Assembly: GCA_963704755.1 (NCBI GenBank)
Contig: OY969938.1
Location: 4,590,001-4,622,000 of the forward strand
DNA length: 32,000 nt
Direction: 5' to 3'
From: an uncultured Chloroflexia bacterium
GTDB taxonomy: Bacteria; Chloroflexota; Anaerolineae; Anaerolineales; Anaerolineaceae
The position numbers and the translations under genes are program-made. Position 1 is the first letter of the stretch. The number at the start of each line of letters is the position of its first letter. This document shows, piece by piece, positions 15,479-24,701 of this stretch. Below the pieces are notes generated by a model that ran no database searches, was not told where the DNA came from, and saw only the letters and a list, made by a program, of their open reading frames with translations.

Positions 15479-17044
15479 CTAACCCCCTTCGACTCGCGGC
15501 AAGGAGAAGCAAATCCGCGCACCTTTACCGCTTTCCGGATCGACCCATATTTTGCCCCCATGAGCCTCCACGATAGCTTTGGTGAGGAATAAACCCAATC
15601 CAGCCCCTTTCGTCTGGCGGACAGCGTCCGGAGCGCGGTAGAAGCGGTCGAATATATAAGGGATGTCACCGGCGGCGATCCCGGGGCCTTCATCGCTGAC
15701 ACAGACGATGACGATATTGGGACGGATCTGGCCGGAGATGCGGATTGTGCCGCCAGGGGCGTACTTGATCGAATTCGAGATCAAATTATTCAGCACCTGG
15801 CTCAGGCGGGTTTCGTCAGCCAGAATGATGGGAAAATCGGGTGGAAAATCGACCACGATCTGGTGATGGTCGCTCTGGGTTTGCATACGCTCGGCCACGC
15901 GGTGGGCCAGGTCTGGCAGCAGCACGTCGGAGCGTTTGATCGGGAAACCGCCGGCTTGCAGTCGCGAAGCATCCAACAGGTTCTCGACCAGCCCATTCAG
16001 CCGGTCGGTTTCCTCTTCGATGATTGCCAGGCTGTCATTGACGATATTGCGATCCCAGCGTACGTCGTCACGGCGCAGGGTGCTTACGTAGCCCTTGATC
16101 AGCGCCAGAGGCGTTTTGAGTTCATGTGAAATGATCGAGATAAAGGTGCTTTTCAGCTCTTCGGCCTGGCGAAAATGGCTGATATCGCGGATGGTGGCGA
16201 TGATGTTTAACAGTACGCCGTTGTCCGACATGAGCGGGGAATAGGTAATCCCAACCGGCAGAGGGCCGTCGGGTTCTTTGCGTCTGATATCGCCTTCCAG
16301 GTACAGGTGGGCATGGGGGGTCAGCGGCCAACCGCCGGCTACGGCCTGTTCAAGGGTCATATCGTGAGGCGGCCTGGCCCAGCGAACGACCTCTTCATGC
16401 GGTTTGCCCTGGATTTCACCTTCCTTGGCCGACAGCAGATGTTCGACGGCCGGGTTACAGCGCTCGATGCTCATATCCGGGGCCAAAATTAGAATCCCAT
16501 CCGCGGCCGAGTCGAGTAAGCCGTCCAGGCGTTGGTGGCTGCGCACCGATTCGGTGTAGAGTTGGGCGTTCTGCACGGCGATGGCGGCCTGGTCGGCAAA
16601 ACTGCTCAGCAAAGCCAGGTCATTACGCGAGAAAAGCTCCTGGTAGGAACGGAACAGGAAAATCACACCTACGACCGTCTTGCGGGCTACCAGGGGCAAT
16701 ACCACACCGCTCAACAGGCCCATGCTGGTCATGCGGGCCAGTTCTTTCAGGCGGCGGTTGATTTCCAGCAATTCGAATTCGTCTGGATCGTACTCCTCGG
16801 AGATCTGATCCAGATAGGGGGTCAGGTAGCGTAAGAATGCCGGCGGCAGACCCTGTGAGACGGGCACCGACCAGTTGCCGTGTTCGTTTCGCAAAGCGAT
16901 TAGCCCGGCCTGCCCGGCCAGCATTTCGATGGCGATGGCCAATATCCGGCCAAGCAGCTTTTCCAGGTCGAGTTCCTGGGTCAAAGCCCGGGAAATCTCT
17001 AAAAGGTAATCTCTTTGGCGGACACGAAAGTCGGGTAATAACAT
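15479..17044 (-). CDS. Cytoplasmic sensor histidine kinase (GAF - PAS - HisKA - HATPase_c)
   Basis: 521 aa with no TM segment. The H-box is FISIISHELKTPL, the N-box LNNLISNSIKYAP, and the G-boxes DEGPGI and GAGLGL. The N-terminal ~170 aa are GAF-like and are followed by a PAS-like segment. Confidence 0.9.
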   Translation of the reverse strand: MLLPDFRVRQRDYLLEISRALTQELDLEKLLGRILAIAIEMLAGQAGLIALRNEHGNWSVPVSQGLPPAFLRYLTPYLDQISEEYDPDEFELLEINRRLKELARMTSMGLLSGVVLPLVARKTVVGVIFLFRSYQELFSRNDLALLSSFADQAAIAVQNAQLYTESVRSHQRLDGLLDSAADGILILAPDMSIERCNPAVEHLLSAKEGEIQGKPHEEVVRWARPPHDMTLEQAVAGGWPLTPHAHLYLEGDIRRKEPDGPLPVGITYSPLMSDNGVLLNIIATIRDISHFRQAEELKSTFISIISHELKTPLALIKGYVSTLRRDDVRWDRNIVNDSLAIIEEETDRLNGLVENLLDASRLQAGGFPIKRSDVLLPDLAHRVAERMQTQSDHHQIVVDFPPDFPIILADETRLSQVLNNLISNSIKYAPGGTIRISGQIRPNIVIVCVSDEGPGIAAGDIPYIFDRFYRAPDAVRQTKGAGLGLFLTKAIVEAHGGKIWVDPESGKGARICFSLPRVEGG

Positions 17045-17052
17045 TTTGCTAT

Positions 17053-18408
17053 CTATCCATTCGGTATCTGGACGGTCTCCGGGACATTGTAATATTCCTC
17101 TTCGGCCTGGCTGATGGCCTCTTCGAACAGGTCTAGGCCCTCATCCATTTCGGCGCGGGTGATGCACAGGGGCGGCGATATCCGGATCACGTTCCGGCTG
17201 CAGCCCAGGGTCAGCAGGCCGTTCTCGAAAGCCAGGTCCACGATCCGGTCGCGTAATTCGTCGGCGTGTTCTTTGGTCTGGCGGTCCTTGACAAATTCTA
17301 CCCCAATCATCAGCCCAATTCCACGCACCTGGCCGATGCTGGGATGGCGCGTTTGCATTTGCTCGAGCTTTTTCAATGTGTACGCGCCGACCTGGGCAGC
17401 GTTTTCCATATAGCCGTTTTCGATCAATTCCAGGCTGGCCAAGGCAGCGGCGCACGAGATGGGGTTACCGCCGTAAGTGTTGCCGTGTGAGCCTTTCGGC
17501 CAGGTGGCCACACTTTTGCGGGCGACCATCATCCCGAGCGGCATACCGGAGGCGATGCCCTTGGCGACGCAGAAAATATCCGGCTCTACGCCGAAGTTCT
17601 CGATGGACCACCACTTGCCCGTCCGGCCTACGCCGGCCTGGACTTCATCGGCGATAAGCAGAATGCCGTAGCGGTCGCAAAGCTCGCGCAAGGCGGGGAA
17701 GAAGCCGGCCGGAGGAAGGACATAACCGCCCTCGCCCTGGATCGGTTCGACCAGGATGCCGGCGACCGCATCGGCCGGCAGAATACGGCCGAGGATCTCT
17801 TCTTCAATGTAGCGAACCACTGTCTGGCCGAAATCTTCGCCCTCTTTGGTGGCCAGGACCGGCCGGTAGGGATCCGGGAAGGGTGCATGGACGACCCCGT
17901 TCATCAGCGGGTAGAACCCACGGTGATAGGACGATTTACTGGCGGTAAAGCTGACCGCGCCCATGGTGCGACCGTGAAACGCACCAAGAAAACCGATAAA
18001 TTCTGTCCGCCGGGTGTGGTAGCGGGCCAGTTTGATGGCTGCTTCGATACTTTCGGTACCCGAGTTGGTCATGAAGCTGACCGCATCCTCGTGCATCGGG
18101 GCAATCCGATCGATATATTCGGCCAATTCGATCCAGCGGGTATGGTAAAAATCAGAGGAGATATGAATAAATTTTTCGGCCTGGTCCTGAATGGCCTTCA
18201 CCACTTTCGGGTGCGAATGCCCGGTGGATACTACGGCTATCCCTGCCGAAAAATCCAGGAAGCGATTCGCATCGACGTCCCAAACCTCAACCCCGCGACC
18301 ATGATCCATCACAAAAGGATACCCCCGTGGATAGGAAGGTGAAATAACGGCGTGATCGCGTTCGATTAATTTCTTCGCTTTGGGACCTGGTAAATTGAGC
18401 TTCGGCAT
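17053..18408 (-). CDS. Class-III PLP-dependent aminotransferase (GABA/omega-amino-acid transaminase-like)
   Basis: 451 aa. Family motifs are present: FSAGIAVVSTGHSHPKV, LIADEVQAGVGRTGKWW, and CVAKGIASGMPLG with the Schiff-base Lys. A GGAGGT RBS is present. Confidence 0.9.
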   Translation of the reverse strand: MPKLNLPGPKAKKLIERDHAVISPSYPRGYPFVMDHGRGVEVWDVDANRFLDFSAGIAVVSTGHSHPKVVKAIQDQAEKFIHISSDFYHTRWIELAEYIDRIAPMHEDAVSFMTNSGTESIEAAIKLARYHTRRTEFIGFLGAFHGRTMGAVSFTASKSSYHRGFYPLMNGVVHAPFPDPYRPVLATKEGEDFGQTVVRYIEEEILGRILPADAVAGILVEPIQGEGGYVLPPAGFFPALRELCDRYGILLIADEVQAGVGRTGKWWSIENFGVEPDIFCVAKGIASGMPLGMMVARKSVATWPKGSHGNTYGGNPISCAAALASLELIENGYMENAAQVGAYTLKKLEQMQTRHPSIGQVRGIGLMIGVEFVKDRQTKEHADELRDRIVDLAFENGLLTLGCSRNVIRISPPLCITRAEMDEGLDLFEEAISQAEEEYYNVPETVQIPNG

Positions 18409-18562
18409 AGAACCTCCGGTTGTATGGGTCTTGAAACAGTGGGCAGCTACTCGGGTGTGACATCCCTGTCATTCCAGACGGGAGCAGCTACAATGTTGTT
18501 TTAACCTGCGAATAAAAAGTCATAGCCTGAGCGTGGTTATTATGAGGCAGTCAGGCTAAACC

Positions 18563-18571
18563 ATTATAGCA
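18563..18571 (-). promoter_or_regulatory. Extended -10 promoter TGCTATAAT for the aminotransferase-kinase operon
   Basis: The reverse complement of 18563-18571 is TGCTATAAT. It leaves a ~150-nt leader before the ATG at 18408. Confidence 0.4.
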
Positions 18572-18717
18572 ATCCAAAACCGGAAACTTCAACCAAAACA
18601 GCGTGCAAATACGCAAGCTGCGCATAGATATCGGATACTGGTGCTGATGGTGGTGGAGGAACGACCTGTCATTTCGGGCAGATCCTCATTTGGAATTGGA
18701 AAGAAAAAAGACGGGTT

Positions 18718-19647
18718 TTAAACGCTTTCGGCGAGCGCCAACGCACCCATCAGGCCGGCATCATCTCCGAGTTTGGCTATCGTAACGACCAGTTCGTCGA
18801 TGTAGCCCCGGTCCATGATCCGTTCCGGAAGAGCAGCCCGGATGGGATTGATGATAATATCTCCGGATGTGGAGACCCCGCCGCCCAGGATGACGATGCC
18901 TGGGTTGAGTAAATGCAAAAAGTCGGCGATGGCGAAACCAATATACATGCCCGCCTGGGTGATGGCCCGCAAAGCCAGCGGGTCACCGGAAGTGGCGGCT
19001 TCGGCCACGTCCTTGGCGGTGATATTGGATTTATCACTTAATATGGAAGGAAAGCCCAGACTGATTTTCTCGTTGACGAAGCGGGCAATGGCCGGCCCAG
19101 AGGCCACCGCTTCCAGGTGCCCGCGTTGGCCGCAACTGCACTTCGGCCCGTCCGGGACGACGGTCACATGGCCAAATTCACCGGCCAGGCCGCGTTCACC
19201 CAGCAAAAGCTGGTCGTTGTTGATGACACCCCCGCCAATGCCGGTTGACAAGGTCAAATACAAAATGTTGTGATAGCCAATCCCGGCCCCGAAGCGCCAC
19301 TCTCCCAGCGCTGCCAGGTTGGCGTCGTTTCCAATCAACACCGGTGTGGCGAACTCGGCGAACAACAGGTCGCGGATGGGCAAATCTACCCAACCAGGAA
19401 CGTTGTTGGCGTCGTAAATATATCCTTTTACCGGGTCGAGAAAACCTGGGACGGCCACCACGATGGACCGGACGGTGCCGTCCTTTGGCCACATTTCGTG
19501 GATTAATCCGATCAAGCGTTCCATGGCAGACTGGTCGCGCTCGACGGTACGAATTTTTTTGATGGCGATGGGAGTTGTACTGTGGGTTGGAAACACGGCT
19601 ACCCTGATGTTTGTCCCACCTACGTCAGCGACAATGTATGATTCCAT
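18718..19647 (-). CDS. glk: ROK-family glucokinase
   Basis: The N-terminus MESYIVADVGGTNIRVAVF carries the ATP-binding DxGGT motif. ROK signatures and the Zn motif CSCGQRGHLEAVASG are present. The start at 19647 is preferred over the ORF-track start at 19710, which runs into repeat sequence. Confidence 0.88.
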   Translation of the reverse strand: MESYIVADVGGTNIRVAVFPTHSTTPIAIKKIRTVERDQSAMERLIGLIHEMWPKDGTVRSIVVAVPGFLDPVKGYIYDANNVPGWVDLPIRDLLFAEFATPVLIGNDANLAALGEWRFGAGIGYHNILYLTLSTGIGGGVINNDQLLLGERGLAGEFGHVTVVPDGPKCSCGQRGHLEAVASGPAIARFVNEKISLGFPSILSDKSNITAKDVAEAATSGDPLALRAITQAGMYIGFAIADFLHLLNPGIVILGGGVSTSGDIIINPIRAALPERIMDRGYIDELVVTIAKLGDDAGLMGALALAESV

Positions 19648-19654
19648 AGTGCCG

Positions 19655-19663
19655 ATTATAGCA
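19655..19663 (-). promoter_or_regulatory. Extended -10 TGCTATAAT 7 nt upstream of the glucokinase ATG (candidate leaderless mRNA)
   Basis: The minus strand reads tgcTATAATcggcactATG. There is no SD sequence. Confidence 0.45.
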
Positions 19664-19689
19664 TAAGAGCCTGAATTCAATTGATAATG

Positions 19690-19989
19690 GAAACTACTCA
19701 GATACCGCAAAAGAGAGGGGTGTTTTTATTGTTTTTCGCGTGTGGAGCATGCAAAAAAACAATAAAAACACCCCAAAAACCAGTTCCAGGGAATTGCTTT
19801 GAGAAAGCGGGCTGATACAATCGCCCGGCCATGCCGCTAGGGGAAATCGCATCATACCAATTTAGGCCCAACGGAGAGATAATTTTAAGTGTTATTGTGG
19901 GGCTACGCCCCACAATAACACTTAAAAACCCATTCTTTGGGGAATTGCCCTCGAAAAGCAGTCAGGCTGCAATCGCCTGGCTATGCCGC
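19690..19989. repeat. Composite repeat array: MITE-terminus-like sequence, hairpin, ~50-bp repeat, different hairpin, ~50-bp repeat
   Basis: gaaactactcag (19690-) resembles the MITE terminus. Hairpin 19717-19774 is ggggtgtttttattgttttt...aaaaacaataaaaacacccc. Direct repeat 1 is 19789-19838 (gggaattgctttgagaaagcgggctgatacaatcgcccggccatgccgc). Hairpin 19885-19925 is ttaagtgttattgtggggc-tac-gccccacaataacacttaa. Direct repeat 2 is 19940-19989 (gggaattgccctcgaaaagcagtcaggctgcaatcgcctggctatgccgc). Confidence 0.75.
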
Positions 19990-19998
19990 AGTTAATCG

Positions 19999-20027
19999 TT
20001 GACGTTTCATGCAATCGCTATTATAAA
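19999..20027 (+). promoter_or_regulatory. Promoter TTGACG, 17 nt, TATAAA, lying 8 nt upstream of the YvcK-like ATG (candidate leaderless)
   Basis: TTGACG is at 19999-20004, TATAAA at 20022-20027 and the ATG at 20036. There is no SD sequence. Confidence 0.5.
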
Positions 20028-20035
20028 TAAGGTAT

Positions 20036-21388
20036 ATGCAGGCTGGAAAAACCCCATGGTTTCGCCAATTCGTCAAGCACGTCAGATTGAGATTACGTTG
20101 GCTGACGCCCGGTATTGGGGTTAAACGTTGGTTGTTTGTGCTGCTGGCGGGTACGACCTTTGTCGGTATTGGGCTGGCCATGTTGGCGCTGGACCTTTAC
20201 CGGTCAAACCCTAACCGTTGGTGGCTGCCTATCCTCACCGCCGTGTCCCTGCAGAACCTTGACCGCCCGATCCGGGTCATCATTTTTGGCCTGATTGGGA
20301 TGGCCATCATTCTCTGGGGTGTGTGGGGGTTGAACCGGGCACTGCTCACGCCTTTCGTCCGGCCCGGACGGCCGATCCTGGACACGGTCAGTAATTACCG
20401 TAAAAAGGAACGTGGCCCGCGGATCGTGGCGATCGGCGGTGGAACCGGCTTATCCAGTTTGCTGCGTGGGATCAAAGAATACTCGCATAACCTGACGGCA
20501 ATCGTGACCGTAGCCGACGACGGTGGCTCTTCGGGTGAATTGCGCCGCAGTATGGGCGTTCTTCCGCCTGGGGATATCCGCAGTTGCCTGGCGGCCATGT
20601 CGGATGACGAAGAGCTGATCACCCAAATATTTCAATACCGCTTCGGGTCATCCGCCGGGCTGAACGGCCACAGCCTGGGTAACCTGTTCATCACGGCCAT
20701 GGCAGAAATCACTGGCAGCTTCGAAAAAGGCGTGGCCGAATCTGGGCGGGTGCTGGCAGTTCGTGGCAAAGTGTTACCTTCAACCTTGCACGACTTGCGT
20801 CTGGTGGCTGACGTACGTACTCCGGAAACCGGTAACGACGTGCGCGTCAAGGGCGAGAGCAAGATCCCGACGACACCCGGTCGCATTCAAAGGGTGTGGC
20901 TGGAGCCGAACAACCCTGAGGCCTATCCGCAGGCTATCCAGGCCATCCTGAATGCGGACTTGATCCTGATTGGGCCGGGCAGCCTGTACACCAGTCTGCT
21001 GCCCAATTTGCTTGTACCGGATATTGCCAACGCAGTACGGGCCTCGAGGGCTTACAAGTTTTATATCTGCAATGTAGCCACCCAGCCGGGTGAGACGGAC
21101 AATTTCAATTGCCTGGATCACGTCAAGGCTTTCGAGCGACACCTGGATGGCCCAATTTTTGACCTGGTGATATGCAATAATCACACCAGGGGCAAGCTGC
21201 CAGAGAAATTGGAATATGTCTTGCCGGATGAACATTTAGAACAAGAATACCCGGTGTATGTTGCCGATCTGTTGGATGATGTCCGCCCCTGGCGGCATGA
21301 TTCACACAAACTGGCGAAAGTTGTGATGGACCTGTTCTTTGACCGTACCGGTCCTTCGACTATTCATGACGATGACCTTGCGCTATAG
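20036..21388 (+). CDS. YvcK/CofD-like (UPF0052, gluconeogenesis factor family) protein with an N-terminal membrane extension
   Basis: The core is IVAIGGGTGLSSLLRGIK...TAIVTVADDGGSSGELRR...LPPGDIRSCLAA. The N-terminal ~110 aa contain hydrophobic segments after RWLTPGIGVKRWL. Confidence 0.9.
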   Translation: MQAGKTPWFRQFVKHVRLRLRWLTPGIGVKRWLFVLLAGTTFVGIGLAMLALDLYRSNPNRWWLPILTAVSLQNLDRPIRVIIFGLIGMAIILWGVWGLNRALLTPFVRPGRPILDTVSNYRKKERGPRIVAIGGGTGLSSLLRGIKEYSHNLTAIVTVADDGGSSGELRRSMGVLPPGDIRSCLAAMSDDEELITQIFQYRFGSSAGLNGHSLGNLFITAMAEITGSFEKGVAESGRVLAVRGKVLPSTLHDLRLVADVRTPETGNDVRVKGESKIPTTPGRIQRVWLEPNNPEAYPQAIQAILNADLILIGPGSLYTSLLPNLLVPDIANAVRASRAYKFYICNVATQPGETDNFNCLDHVKAFERHLDGPIFDLVICNNHTRGKLPEKLEYVLPDEHLEQEYPVYVADLLDDVRPWRHDSHKLAKVVMDLFFDRTGPSTIHDDDLAL

Positions 21389-21443
21389 GACCATCCTGGG
21401 CAAGAGGTTAATATTTTTTTCTCAATAAACTAGGAGGTTTACA

Positions 21444-22496
21444 ATGTCAGTAAAAATCGGTATCAATGGTTTTGGCCGAATTGGACGCCAGGTACTCAAG
21501 GCGTTGATCGAGCGGTACCCGAACGAATTGGAAGTTGTCGCGATTAACGATCTGTTCGATACGAAACAGAACGCACATCTCTTCAAATATGACTCCAACT
21601 ATGGCGCCTTCCATGGTTCCGTCGATATCGCCGGCAACGACCTGGTGATCAATGGCAAAGTGGTCAAAGCCTTCGCCGAAAAAGATCCCGCCAATCTGCC
21701 CTGGAAAGACCTGGGTGTGGACATTGTGATCGAATCGACCGGTATTTTCACCGATGCCATCGGCGACCCGGCCAAAGGCAAAGCCGGCGCGAATATCCAC
21801 ATCAAGGCCGGCGGCGCCAAGAAAGTCATCATTTCTGCGCCTGCCAAGAATGAAGACATCACCATTGTCTTAGGTGTGAACGAAGACAAATACGATCCGG
21901 CCAAACACTTTGTGCTGTCGAATGCTTCCTGCACCACCAACTGCCTGGCTCCGGCCGCCAAGATTGTTCACGACAACTTGAACATTCTCAATGGTGTGAT
22001 GACCACCATCCACTCCTACACCAATGACCAGGTCATCCTCGACCAGGGTCACCGCAAAGAAATGCGCCGCTCCCGCGCTGCAGCCCTGAACATCATCCCC
22101 ACCACTACCGGTGCCGCTAAAGCGGTTGCCCTGGTCATCCCCGACCTGAAGGGCAAGTTCGACGGTTATTCTCTGCGCGTGCCGACCCCGACTGTCTCGA
22201 TTGTTGACTTCGTCGCGACCGTTGAAAAATCGACGACCAAAGAAGAACTGAACGCCATGTTCACCGAAGCTGCCAACGGCAAGTTGAAGGGCATCCTGGA
22301 TGTGACCAATGGCCTGTACAGTGATCCGCTGGTTTCGATGGATTTCAAGGGCAATCCGCATTCTTCGATCGTGGATCTGCCCAACAACATGGTTATGGGC
22401 GGAAACCTGGTCAAAGTGGTTGCCTGGTACGATAACGAATGGGGTTATTCCTGCCGCACTGCCGACCTGGCCGCGTTGGTTGCCAAATCACTCTAG
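21444..22496 (+). CDS. gap: Type I glyceraldehyde-3-phosphate dehydrogenase
   Basis: It has INGFGRIGR, the active-site [12 protein letters not shown], and WYDNEWGYS. An AGGAGG RBS is present. Confidence 0.97.
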   Translation: MSVKIGINGFGRIGRQVLKALIERYPNELEVVAINDLFDTKQNAHLFKYDSNYGAFHGSVDIAGNDLVINGKVVKAFAEKDPANLPWKDLGVDIVIESTGIFTDAIGDPAKGKAGANIHIKAGGAKKVIISAPAKNEDITIVLGVNEDKYDPAKHFVLSNASCTTNCLAPAAKIVHDNLNILNGVMTTIHSYTNDQVILDQGHRKEMRRSRAAALNIIPTTTGAAKAVALVIPDLKGKFDGYSLRVPTPTVSIVDFVATVEKSTTKEELNAMFTEAANGKLKGILDVTNGLYSDPLVSMDFKGNPHSSIVDLPNNMVMGGNLVKVVAWYDNEWGYSCRTADLAALVAKSL

Positions 22497-22507
22497 CTAG
22501 AATACTG

Positions 22508-22536
22508 CAGGCAGCGCTCTTCTGGGGCGCTGCCTG
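22508..22536 (+). terminator. Hairpin between gap and pgk (possible partial terminator or processing site)
   Basis: caggcagcgc (22508-22517) pairs with gcgctgcctg (22527-22536) and is followed by ttcgatttcg. Confidence 0.4.
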
Positions 22537-22559
22537 TTCGATTTCGTGACGAGGGAAGT

Positions 22560-23735
22560 ATGTTCAACAAGAAGACCGTAAAAGATATCGATGTACACGG
22601 GAAAAAGGTCTTTGTCCGGGTGGATTTCAATGTACCGGTCAAAGATGGCGTCGTGGGCGATGACACCCGCATCCGGGCAGCCCTTCCCACCATCCAATAT
22701 CTGCTCGATCAAGGCGCGGCTGTCATTTTGGCGTCTCACCTGGGCCGGCCGAAGGGCATTGCCGATCCCAAGTACAGTCTCAAGCCGGTAGCCGAATACC
22801 TGTCCAGGATGATGGGGAAACCGGTCGCCTTCGCGGAAGACTGCATCGGGCCCAAAGCTGAAGAAGCCGCCAAAGCCTTGAAACCCGGCGAAATTCTGGT
22901 GCTGGAAAATACCCGCTATCACGCCGAAGAAGAAAAGAACGGGGCCGAAATGTCCAGGCAACTGGCTTCGTTGGCGGATATTTATGTCAATGATGCCTTT
23001 GGCTCGGCTCACCGTGCGCACGCCTCCACGGCCGGCATCGCGGATTATTTACCGGCTGTTTCCGGCTTCCTGCTGGAAAAAGAAATAAAATATCTCGGCC
23101 AGGCGGTCGAGGATCCCAAGCGGCCGTTCGTCGCCATTTTGGGCGGGGCTAAGATCAGCGATAAGATCGGTGTGATCAAGAACCTGCTGGTCAAGGCGGA
23201 CACGATTTTGATCGGCGGAGGGATGGCCAATACCTTCCTCAAGGCCGAGGGATACCCGATGGCCGATTCGCTGGTGGAAGCCGAGGCGCTGGAAACCGCG
23301 GCCGAACTGCTCAAGGGTGCCCAGACCAAGCTGCGTTTACCGGTGGACATGGTCATTGCCGACAAGTTCGAAGCCGACGCCGAAGCCAAAGTTTTACCGG
23401 CCGGCCCGGTGCCGGATGGCTGGCGAGTGCTCGACATTGGCCCCGAAACGGTGGCGGCTTACGCGAAAGTGGTTGCCGGAGCCGGTACGGTGGTCTGGAA
23501 CGGCCCAATGGGTGTGTTCGAGTTCCCCAAGTTCGCCGAAGGTACTTTTGGGGTCGCCAGGGCGGTGGCAGCCAGTGATGCGATCAGCATCATCGGCGGC
23601 GGCGAATCAGTGGCCGCGATCAATCAGTCCGGTTTGGCCGACAAGATCACCCATATTTCCACCGGCGGCGGTGCTTCGTTGGAAATGCTGGAAGGGTTGA
23701 CCCTGCCCGGCGTAGCCGCGTTGCAAGATAAATAA
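22560..23735 (+). CDS. pgk: Phosphoglycerate kinase
   Basis: 391 aa. It has [33 protein letters not shown] and STGGGASLE. Confidence 0.97.
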   Translation: MFNKKTVKDIDVHGKKVFVRVDFNVPVKDGVVGDDTRIRAALPTIQYLLDQGAAVILASHLGRPKGIADPKYSLKPVAEYLSRMMGKPVAFAEDCIGPKAEEAAKALKPGEILVLENTRYHAEEEKNGAEMSRQLASLADIYVNDAFGSAHRAHASTAGIADYLPAVSGFLLEKEIKYLGQAVEDPKRPFVAILGGAKISDKIGVIKNLLVKADTILIGGGMANTFLKAEGYPMADSLVEAEALETAAELLKGAQTKLRLPVDMVIADKFEADAEAKVLPAGPVPDGWRVLDIGPETVAAYAKVVAGAGTVVWNGPMGVFEFPKFAEGTFGVARAVAASDAISIIGGGESVAAINQSGLADKITHISTGGGASLEMLEGLTLPGVAALQDK

Positions 23736-23740
23736 TTTTC

Positions 23741-23838
23741 GTAACTGTTCAGGCAGGTTCTGAAGATGTGGGTGTTTTTTGTGTGCGAAGCCTACAAAAA
23801 TAGAAATCCCCACTCCCTTAGGGTAGTTGAGTAGTTAC
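23741..23838. mobile_element. MITE copy (98 bp, degenerate core hairpin) with an 8-bp target-site duplication that includes the pgk stop codon
   Basis: The termini are gtaactgttcaggc...ttgagtagttac. The identical flank TAATTTTC occurs at 23733-23740 and 23839-23846. The pgk TAA is at 23733-23735. Confidence 0.8.
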
Positions 23839-23864
23839 TAATTTTCAAATAATTCCGCTATAAT

Positions 23865-23892
23865 GGGTTCTGGAAAAATCTTTCCAGAACCC
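23865..23892 (+). terminator. Hairpin, probably the original pgk terminator
   Basis: gggttctggaaa-aatc-tttccagaaccc is followed by atttctgttt. Confidence 0.55.
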
Positions 23893-24089
23893 ATTTCTGT
23901 TTAAAATCAAGAGGGCCTGATCGGCTCCTTGCAGGTGAATCCCAAAATTCAAGAGATTTGTGAGGGCTTCGTCCCCGTAAAAATCTCAAATTAGGGTTCG
24001 TATTACTGTATTCAGGAATTTATGCAACCAGTCCGGTATTTCCGTGACTCCATCAGAAAGCCCATTCCAGGAATTCCAAGAGGTGCCCT

Positions 24090-24566
24090 ATGAAGAATGT
24101 TCTCAAGATCATTGCGTTTCTGTTGGTCGCAGCGATTGTACTTTTTGGGTTGATCCAGCTTGTGCCGTACGGTAAGAACCATACCAATCCGGCGGTCGTG
24201 CAAGAGCCTCAATGGGATAGTCCGCAGACTCGCGCCTTGGCGCAAAGAGCCTGCTTCGATTGTCATAGCAACGAGACGGTCTGGCCATGGTACAGCAACG
24301 TGGCGCCTATTTCCTGGCTGGTGCAGCATGATGTGGATGAAGGCAGGCAGCGAATGAACCTTTCCGAGATGGGATCGCAAAGGATTCGAGTGGATGAACT
24401 TACCCGCGCGATTACCCGCGGTTCCATGCCTCCGGCCCAGTACTTGATACTCCACCCGGACGCCCGCCTGACTGCGGACGAGAAAAATCTCTTGGTAAAC
24501 GGAATCCAGGCCACATTTGGTGGGTCTTCACTTGGGGAAATCCCGACGGGTCAAAACCCGAACTGA
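24090..24566 (+). CDS. Membrane-anchored heme-binding-domain (Haem_bd-like, CxxCH) protein
   Basis: It has an N-terminal TM helix (IIAFLLVAAIVLFGLI). The motif CFDCHSNETVWPWYSNVAPISWLVQHDVDEGRQRMNLSE matches my memory of the Haem_bd family. Confidence 0.8.
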   Translation: MKNVLKIIAFLLVAAIVLFGLIQLVPYGKNHTNPAVVQEPQWDSPQTRALAQRACFDCHSNETVWPWYSNVAPISWLVQHDVDEGRQRMNLSEMGSQRIRVDELTRAITRGSMPPAQYLILHPDARLTADEKNLLVNGIQATFGGSSLGEIPTGQNPN

Positions 24567-24636
24567 TTTTGCGATAAACCCGAATAAAGCGGACCTTGCG
24601 AGTGGTTCTCGGCTTTCTGAATATGCGGATTGCAAT

Positions 24637-24661
24637 GGGGAGGCCCTTATGCCTCCCTTTT
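24637..24661 (+). terminator. Intrinsic terminator after the heme-binding-domain gene
   Basis: gggaggc pairs with gcctccc and is followed by tttta. A TATAAT box (24669-24674) follows, serving thrC. Confidence 0.65.
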
Positions 24662-24701
24662 AGCGGAGTATAATCAAGCACAACGTCATTGGAGAAGACA
24701 A

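Noticed and set aside
18409-18717. 309-bp gap upstream of the aminotransferase, checked for a tRNA, riboswitch or small ORF
   Set aside because: I could not find a tRNA cloverleaf or T-loop (GGTTCGAATCC-type) sequence, nor any riboswitch core I recognise. Only short direct repeats (gcagctac twice, ctgtcatt twice) and a promoter-like box are present.
19648-19710. N-terminal 21-codon extension of the ROK glucokinase ORF
   Set aside because: The extension runs into MITE-like repeat sequence. It precedes a TGcTATAAT box and is absent from the typical ROK N-terminus (M...DxGGT).
23859-23892. Tiny transcript from a TATAAT box (23859-23864) directly into the hairpin at 23865-23892
   Set aside because: It would yield only a ~30-nt hairpin RNA. 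The hairpin is more simply the displaced pgk terminator, and the TATAAT is probably fortuitous AT-rich sequence.
24630-24701. N-terminal 24-codon extension of thrC
   Set aside because: It overlaps the upstream terminator and the TATAAT box. The ATG at 24702 has a GGAGAAG RBS and gives a typical ThrC N-terminus.
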